Positions 47,494-53,209 of a stretch of DNA of 53,209 nucleotides are shown piece after piece. A program made the translations under genes and the position numbers. Where the stretch lies: NCBI GenBank assembly GCA_045644945.1, contig JAZRHU010000037.1:1-53209 (forward strand), in the 5' to 3' direction. Positions within the stretch are counted from its first letter, which is position 1. Every line of letters starts with the position of its first letter. The notes under the pieces were generated by a model, which saw only the letters and a program-made list of their open reading frames with translations, did not search any database and was not told the DNA's origin. The DNA is from Candidatus Fimimonas sp. (GTDB lineage: Bacteria; Bacillota; Clostridia; Christensenellales; CAG-314).

Positions 47494-49476
47494 TTAGTTG
47501 TTTTGATTGTGTTTTTTGCGTTTGAGTTTTTCCAACTGTTTCATCAATTTGTTTACTTCTTCGCGCAGTTGGATTGCCTTTTCGAAGTCGAGCTGGTTGG
47601 CAGCCGTCTTCATGCGGGCAGTTGTGTTTTCGATGGCGCGTTCCAACTCCTTGATGGTCATCACGTTTTCCGCCTTTTGGGTGATTTCCAAGGTGTTTTC
47701 TACGTGGTGCTCGATGGTTTTTGGAGTGATGTTGTGCGCAACGTTGTATTGATGTTGGATTTCGCGTCTGCGATTGGTTTCGCCAATGGCACGTTTCATG
47801 CTGTCGGTGATAACGTCGGCATACATAATAACTCGGCCTTGGGCGTTACGTGCTGCACGACCGATTGTTTGAATAAGCGAGGTGTCGCTACGCAAAAAGC
47901 CCTCCTTGTCGGCATCCAAAATGGCAACAAGCTTGACTTGGGGCATATCCAAGCCTTCGCGGAGCAAGTTGATACCAACAAGTACGTCAAACTCGCCCTT
48001 TTTGAGGCCGTTGACAATTTCTACACGCTCCAAGGTATCAATTTCCGAGTGCATGTACTTTACTCGAACATCTTGACGTGACAAAAATTCCGTCAAACTT
48101 TCCGCCATGCGTTTGGTCAAAGTGGTTACAAGCACACGACCGCCATCCATTGTGACCTTGTGAATTTCGCCAAGCAAATCGTCAATTTGACCTTTGACAG
48201 GGCGCACTTCCACCTGTGGATCCAGTAGACCTGTTGGGCGGATTAGTTGCTCAACAACGTTGTCGGCACGATCCATTTCGTAGGGAGCAGGGGTTGCCGA
48301 CACACAAATGAGTTGGCCGAGACGACTGTCGAACTCGTCAAATGTAAGCGGGCGGTTGTCGTAGCTAGATTGCAATCTAAAGCCGTAGCCAACAAGGTTG
48401 CCCTTGCGAGCGCGGTCGCCGTTGTACATGCCACGGATTTGGGGAATTGTCATGTGGCTTTCGTCAATGAAGGTAATAAAATCATCGGGGAAGTAGTCCA
48501 ATAATGTGAAAGGTGGTTGGCCGGGCTCACGGCCATCGAAGTATCTCGAATAGTTTTCGATACCGCTACAATAGCCCACTTCTTGCATCATTTCGATATC
48601 GTAGCTAACACGTTGCTTTAGGCGTTGGCTTTCCACAAGTTTGTTTTGGTCGGCAAAGGTTTGCACTTCCACCGCCATATCCTTTTTGATGTTGTCGATG
48701 GCCTTTTCCATTGTGATACCTTCCACAACGTAGTGGCTCGCAGGGAATACAAAAGCATGCAAAAGGTTGGCAACAACGTTGCCAGTTAGGGCGTCCACTT
48801 CGGTTATTTTTTCAATTTCGTCGCCCCAAAACTCCACACGAATTGCATGGTCGGTGTAGCTTGCAGGGAAGATGTCGATACAATCCCCACGCACGCGGAA
48901 AGTACCGCGGTGGAAGTCCATATCGTTGCGAACGTACTGGATGGAAATGAGCTTTTTGATGACATCCCTTGGGGACACTTGGTCGCCTGGGCGCAAGGAC
49001 AAACTCATTTTGTAGTACTCGCCGGGTGCACCCAAACCGTAGATGCAGGATACGCTGGCAACAACGATTGTATCTCGGCGCTCGAAAAGTGAGCAGGTTG
49101 CGCTGTGGCGCAGTTTGTCAATTTCGTCGTTGATGTCTATTTCCTTTTCGATGTACAAGTCACGTGCAGGGATGTAGCTTTCCGGCATGTAGTAGTCGTA
49201 GTAGCTTACAAAAAACTCTACGCGATTTTCCGGGAAGAACTCTCTAAACTCGTTGCAAAGTTGCGCAGCAAGCGTTTTGTTGTGACAAATTACCAAGGCA
49301 GGACGATTGACGTTGGCAATGATGTTTGCCATCGTGAAAGTTTTACCACTACCCGTTACACCACGCAAAACTTGTGTTGCCAAGCCATCACGTAGGCCTT
49401 GGGTAAGCTCTGCTATTGCTGTGGGTTGGTCGCCACAGGGCTGATATTTGGAATGTAAAATAAACTTGTCTGCCAT
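47494..49476 (-). CDS. uvrB: Excinuclease ABC subunit B
   Basis: [52 protein letters not shown] domain. Confidence 0.98.
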   Translation of the reverse strand: MADKFILHSKYQPCGDQPTAIAELTQGLRDGLATQVLRGVTGSGKTFTMANIIANVNRPALVICHNKTLAAQLCNEFREFFPENRVEFFVSYYDYYMPESYIPARDLYIEKEIDINDEIDKLRHSATCSLFERRDTIVVASVSCIYGLGAPGEYYKMSLSLRPGDQVSPRDVIKKLISIQYVRNDMDFHRGTFRVRGDCIDIFPASYTDHAIRVEFWGDEIEKITEVDALTGNVVANLLHAFVFPASHYVVEGITMEKAIDNIKKDMAVEVQTFADQNKLVESQRLKQRVSYDIEMMQEVGYCSGIENYSRYFDGREPGQPPFTLLDYFPDDFITFIDESHMTIPQIRGMYNGDRARKGNLVGYGFRLQSSYDNRPLTFDEFDSRLGQLICVSATPAPYEMDRADNVVEQLIRPTGLLDPQVEVRPVKGQIDDLLGEIHKVTMDGGRVLVTTLTKRMAESLTEFLSRQDVRVKYMHSEIDTLERVEIVNGLKKGEFDVLVGINLLREGLDMPQVKLVAILDADKEGFLRSDTSLIQTIGRAARNAQGRVIMYADVITDSMKRAIGETNRRREIQHQYNVAHNITPKTIEHHVENTLEITQKAENVMTIKELERAIENTTARMKTAANQLDFEKAIQLREEVNKLMKQLEKLKRKKHNQNN

Positions 49477-49484
49477 AAGGTTTG

Positions 49485-50255
49485 TTATGCGTTCATTTTG
49501 TAAATTTCGTAAAGGCCTTTAAGACTCAATTCGCGGTCAACGTAGTCAAAAAGTGGTTCGACACTTTGTACAATTTGAGAAAGGCCACCAGTTGCAATAA
49601 TTTTTAAGTTGGAAAGGCCAGTTTCCTTTTTAATGCGTTCGATCATGTACTTGACTTGGCCAACTACGCCAAAAATTACACCACTTTGGATGGCTTTTGC
49701 AGTAGATTGCGCAACAGTTTTTGCAGGAGTTTCCAACTCTACGTTGGGAAGTTTTGCTGTGCACTTGGAAAGGCTTTCGATTGTAGATTTCAAGCCCAAA
49801 GTGATTGCACCACCAATAAACTCGCGCTTTTCGTTTACAACGTTAAATGTTGTTGCTGTGCCAAAGTCCACCAAAACAAATGGCGCACCGTATTGCTTGT
49901 CCGCAGCTACGCAAGTGATGATGCGGTCGCTACCAAGCTCGCGTGGGAAATCGTATCTAATGGCAATGCCTGTTTTTACACCTACGCCAATGATGAGTGG
50001 TTTTACGCCAAAAACGTAGTTGATAACGTTTGTAAATGTGTAGTCAAGTTGTGGGATTACCGATGACAAAATTGCGCCATCGATGGAGTGCACATCAATT
50101 TTTGCATGATTCATAAGTTGCAACAAAAGTGCAACGTACTCGTCACTTGTACGTTTGACGTCACTTGACATTTTGAAAGATTTGGCAAGTTTGCCAGATT
50201 TGTCAAAAAGACCAATTTTGATGTTAGTGTTACCAATATCTATTGCGATAATCAT
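49485..50255 (-). CDS. coaX: Type III pantothenate kinase
   Basis: [34 protein letters not shown]; start set at ATG 50255. Confidence 0.95.
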   Translation of the reverse strand: MIIAIDIGNTNIKIGLFDKSGKLAKSFKMSSDVKRTSDEYVALLLQLMNHAKIDVHSIDGAILSSVIPQLDYTFTNVINYVFGVKPLIIGVGVKTGIAIRYDFPRELGSDRIITCVAADKQYGAPFVLVDFGTATTFNVVNEKREFIGGAITLGLKSTIESLSKCTAKLPNVELETPAKTVAQSTAKAIQSGVIFGVVGQVKYMIERIKKETGLSNLKIIATGGLSQIVQSVEPLFDYVDRELSLKGLYEIYKMNA

Positions 50256-50349
50256 GTTTTCTCGCTCCATTTGTAGTATATTTTCCCTGTGGGGAAGTTT
50301 GAAAAAAGTTAATTTTTCAGTTAAAAGCACTAGATGGCTGTGTGGGCAA

Positions 50350-50985
50350 CTAGTTGCCTGACTTTGGTTGTGCGCCTTCGATGCCGATTTTTAGACCACG
50401 GCGCACGCCCAGCACCACCAATGGCACGCCAATGATGGAAATGAGGTACTCGGGCAAAATGTTTGTTACAAGCAGTCCGTAGATAAGAACGAACACGCCT
50501 TGCGTTTGCACTTGGTACATTGCACGAGATAGTTCCAACATGGACAAAAATCCTACTGTGTTAGTGGCAAGCCCAAAGAAGGAGGCAACTGCCATCGATA
50601 CAATTTGGCGCTTGCGAGGGGTGGACTTTGCGCAAAGTTTTTGCACAAATCGGTACACTGCAAAGGCAACTGTGGTCATCAACACGCGTGGTGGAATTGT
50701 TACAAGTAACCAATATTGTGGTGGGAAAACTTGCCCCAAGGTTGCGCTTGGCATGATGAACTCCTTCAAGAAGGAGGCAAGACCAAAAAACAATCCGGAC
50801 ATTACCGCTGTTGACCATTTGTTTTCTAAAAAACAAAAAGATAAAGTAACCAGCAAAGCAACAACGGCCATGGAAAAGCCGATGGGCAAAATACTGATTG
50901 CTCTATCTAACATCATTGCAACGAATATTGTTGCAAACATTATTGCTAATTTTGCAACGTTATAAGCTTTGTTATTGTTTACCAT
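50350..50985 (-). CDS. Integral membrane protein, probable ECF S component (pantothenate PanT-like)
   Basis: About six TM segments; GLFFGL.SF, IPPR, TNT.GFL, N..PE motifs; directly upstream of coaX. Confidence 0.7.
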   Translation of the reverse strand: MVNNNKAYNVAKLAIMFATIFVAMMLDRAISILPIGFSMAVVALLVTLSFCFLENKWSTAVMSGLFFGLASFLKEFIMPSATLGQVFPPQYWLLVTIPPRVLMTTVAFAVYRFVQKLCAKSTPRKRQIVSMAVASFFGLATNTVGFLSMLELSRAMYQVQTQGVFVLIYGLLVTNILPEYLISIIGVPLVVLGVRRGLKIGIEGAQPKSGN

Positions 50986-51081
50986 AAAAACCTCAATTTC
51001 GCCCGCGGTGGGTGCGAATATCTTTTTTGGCAAAGATAAAATTTGAAAGTATCGTTTGGATACCCAATACGACCTATGTAT

Positions 51082-51110
51082 ATTTTACCACAATTATAAA
51101 TAAATTACAA
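51082..51110 (-). promoter_or_regulatory. SigA promoter of panT-like/coaX run
   Basis: TTGTAA-17-TAAAAT with extended -10 TG. Confidence 0.65.
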
Positions 51111-51201
51111 TATTATTGTAAAAGTTTTTAGAGATTGGATACATCTGTCTCAAAATGAAAATGGTATAACATTGCTTTACAAATACACCAAACAACAAAG
51201 C

Positions 51202-51231
51202 AAAAGACCTTGCATTTTGCAAGGTCTTTTT
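51202..51231 (-). terminator. Intrinsic terminator
   Basis: AAAAGACCTTGCA-tt-TTGCAAGGTCTTTT. Confidence 0.8.
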
Positions 51232-51256
51232 GTGAGTAATTTACATAAATGTTTTG

Positions 51257-52234
51257 CTAATAGATTTCGCTAAGCAACTGCACTAGTTGTTGATACTTTT
51301 CCTTTTGCTCGGCGGTTAGCTCGGGCATGGGGATCTTTTGCAACTCGCAGTAATGTGCATGGCTGTGAATGTACACTAAATTTTCTCGCGTTATTTCCAA
51401 AGGTGTATCTAGAGGGTAAACCATGTATGAATTATCGGAAAAATCGTAGATGGAATTGTCTGCTGAGCCCTCTGAAAAATGAGATACTTGCCCAACCACT
51501 ACCAACTGCCCGTCCAGTACAAAATTTGCTATTTCAAATTGGTCAAACAATGTTGGCAAATAGATAAACTCTGCGAAGGGAGCTGATGGCTTGTTCTTAC
51601 GTGGATCGTTTTGATCGTAAAACTCAATTGTGCGTTCGCTTAGCCATTTTCCCTTTTTGTAGTCCTTGATGGCAAGGGAAAACAGTTGTCTTTCGTAGTC
51701 GTTATCGCAAAAATCCGCCAAGTATTTTAAAATTAGACACATATCTTGAGTGCAGTAATGGTCTGCCAATGTAGCATACTGCATGATTGTTAGAGATGAT
51801 CTGTTTTCATAAAGATACTTTTGGATATCTGTAGATGGGACACAATGAATGATGTAGTTAGTAAGTAGATTGTAAATGTTATCTCGATCTTGCGCAGAAA
51901 TGTGTTTTGATCTTTTGATATCGTAAATGGTGCTTAACTCATTTTGCACAAAAACATAGGGTTGCCACAAAGCGTGCGCTAGGCGCTTGTGTCGTGGGTA
52001 TGTTCGAATTGCAAAAATGGAAAGCAACGGATATGCAACCAGGGTCACAATACAGATTCCTGCAAAAACAAATAACAATATTCTTGCATCTGGTTCAACC
52101 TTTGCGTATGTCAACGCGATATAAATAAACATTATCGCACAAAGAAGCGAAACTAAGCACAAAAGTACTAAACCAATAACTACACCTATACTAAGTTCTT
52201 TGTGTAACTTATTGTTGAAAAAATCTTTTTTCAT
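51257..52234 (-). CDS. Hypothetical membrane protein (two N-terminal TM segments), accessory gene
   Basis: 325 aa ORF; GGAG RBS; codon usage more AT-rich than neighbours. Confidence 0.75.
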   Translation of the reverse strand: MKKDFFNNKLHKELSIGVVIGLVLLCLVSLLCAIMFIYIALTYAKVEPDARILLFVFAGICIVTLVAYPLLSIFAIRTYPRHKRLAHALWQPYVFVQNELSTIYDIKRSKHISAQDRDNIYNLLTNYIIHCVPSTDIQKYLYENRSSLTIMQYATLADHYCTQDMCLILKYLADFCDNDYERQLFSLAIKDYKKGKWLSERTIEFYDQNDPRKNKPSAPFAEFIYLPTLFDQFEIANFVLDGQLVVVGQVSHFSEGSADNSIYDFSDNSYMVYPLDTPLEITRENLVYIHSHAHYCELQKIPMPELTAEQKEKYQQLVQLLSEIY

Positions 52235-52278
52235 AAATCTCCAAAGTTGTGTGCCAGTAAAAGAATTTTACATTTGCA

Positions 52279-52926
52279 CTATTCTTCAATTGGTTGGTCA
52301 TCATCATCGTCCACGATAGGGTTGTAGAAGGCGGTAAGCACCTTTTCCATGCGGTCGAAGATTTGCTCTTTGCCACGTTTTTCCAAAGCGGAAACGGGAA
52401 TGATGTTGTCCGTACCCACCTTGAGATAGTTGGCAATGGCACGACATCTGTTTTTGACTTGGCTCTTGGGGAGCTTGTCTGCCTTGGTGGCAACGATGGT
52501 ATAGGGCACGTTGTTCTTGAAAAGGTAGTTGTACATTGTAACGTCGTCCCTGGTGGGGTCGTGGCGAATGTCAACAAGGAAAAATACATGGACAAGTTTT
52601 TGCTCCTTGGCAAGGTACTTTTCCAACAAGTCCGCCCACTTGAGTTTTTCCGCATCGGAAACCTTTGCAAAACCATAGCCGGGCAAATCGGCAAGCAAAA
52701 ACTCTTCCGCGGAGTTTTCGTTAATCAAAAAGTAGTTGATTAGTCTTGTTCTACCGGGAAGTTTGGATGTGCGGGCAAGTTTGGAGTCATTTACCAAAAA
52801 ATTGATGAAACTAGACTTGCCAACGTTGGATTTTCCTGCTACGGCTATCTGCGGAAGGTCACTTACAATACAATCTTTGTACTGCGCAACTCCCTTGACA
52901 TAGCTTGACTTCTTTATTTGAAACAT
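52279..52926 (-). CDS. engB: Ribosome biogenesis GTPase EngB/YsxC
   Basis: GKSNVGKSS, ARTSK.PGRT, DLPGYG, VDIRH, TKADK; AAAGGTG RBS before ATG 52926. Confidence 0.96.
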   Translation of the reverse strand: MFQIKKSSYVKGVAQYKDCIVSDLPQIAVAGKSNVGKSSFINFLVNDSKLARTSKLPGRTRLINYFLINENSAEEFLLADLPGYGFAKVSDAEKLKWADLLEKYLAKEQKLVHVFFLVDIRHDPTRDDVTMYNYLFKNNVPYTIVATKADKLPKSQVKNRCRAIANYLKVGTDNIIPVSALEKRGKEQIFDRMEKVLTAFYNPIVDDDDDQPIEE

Positions 52927-53209
52927 TTTGTTCACCTTTGTTGTAGATGCGTTTTTTGCAATATGTTATAATTATGTTATATTTGTGCTACTAAAAATTG
53001 GGAAATTTTGCTTGGAAAAATAGTGTAACTGCGAGTAGATTTTGCCTCGAAAAGTGCCGAAAAATGCCAAAAATGGCTATTTTTGATATACTATGTGTGA
53101 AATAATACTATGATTTTGCACTATTTTTGGCAAACAGCAAAAGCTGTTAGCTGATTTTTAGTTGCTCGATAGCATCTTTGCGATTTTCCGCATTGAACAC
53201 CGCGCTACC

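Noticed and set aside
51238-51265. dif-like sequence (TTATGTAAATT arm on the minus strand)
   Set aside because: Only the XerD-like arm matches, the other arm is weak and overlaps a CDS end, and gene orientation does not switch here.
53041-53078. Short TGCC..AAAA direct repeats near the window end
   Set aside because: Only three degenerate copies, and the downstream context is outside the window.
1-53209. CRISPR arrays, tRNA/rRNA, IS elements, prophage or known defence genes
   Set aside because: I found no regularly spaced repeats, cloverleaf or rRNA signatures, or transposase/integrase motifs by eye.

Overview
This is a 53-kb stretch of core chromosome from a low-GC Gram-positive anaerobe, probably a spore-forming Clostridia-type organism (inferred from gene content and promoter styles). 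Most genes lie on the minus strand. It carries the 3' end of nadE, trmB, a ParE/ParC-type topoisomerase pair, peptidoglycan precursor genes (murG and a hydrolase-murF-ddl operon), tsaE-tsaB-rimI, an FMN riboswitch with ribU, and deoC and pdp. A long minus-strand run encodes a GH3 glucosidase, pgi, hisS, a P-type ATPase, an ABC-F protein, an SDR, a hydrolase and an M3 peptidase. Further on are a GH13 glucosidase, degV, cysE, polA-coaE, panT-like/coaX/uvrB/uvrA and engB. I saw no tRNA, rRNA, CRISPR array, transposase or integrase. The most notable signals are: (1) a WYL-domain regulator divergent from an unknown 55-aa gene, with two same-geometry palindromic operators over the two -35 regions; (2) murG and the hydrolase-murF-ddl operon both preceded by mother-cell sporulation sigma-like promoters; (3) long structured 5' leaders on parE, the GH13 gene and the panT-like gene; (4) single accessory genes sitting between operon ends and their terminators; (5) several small unannotated proteins. 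All calls come from reading motifs by eye; no database searches were run.
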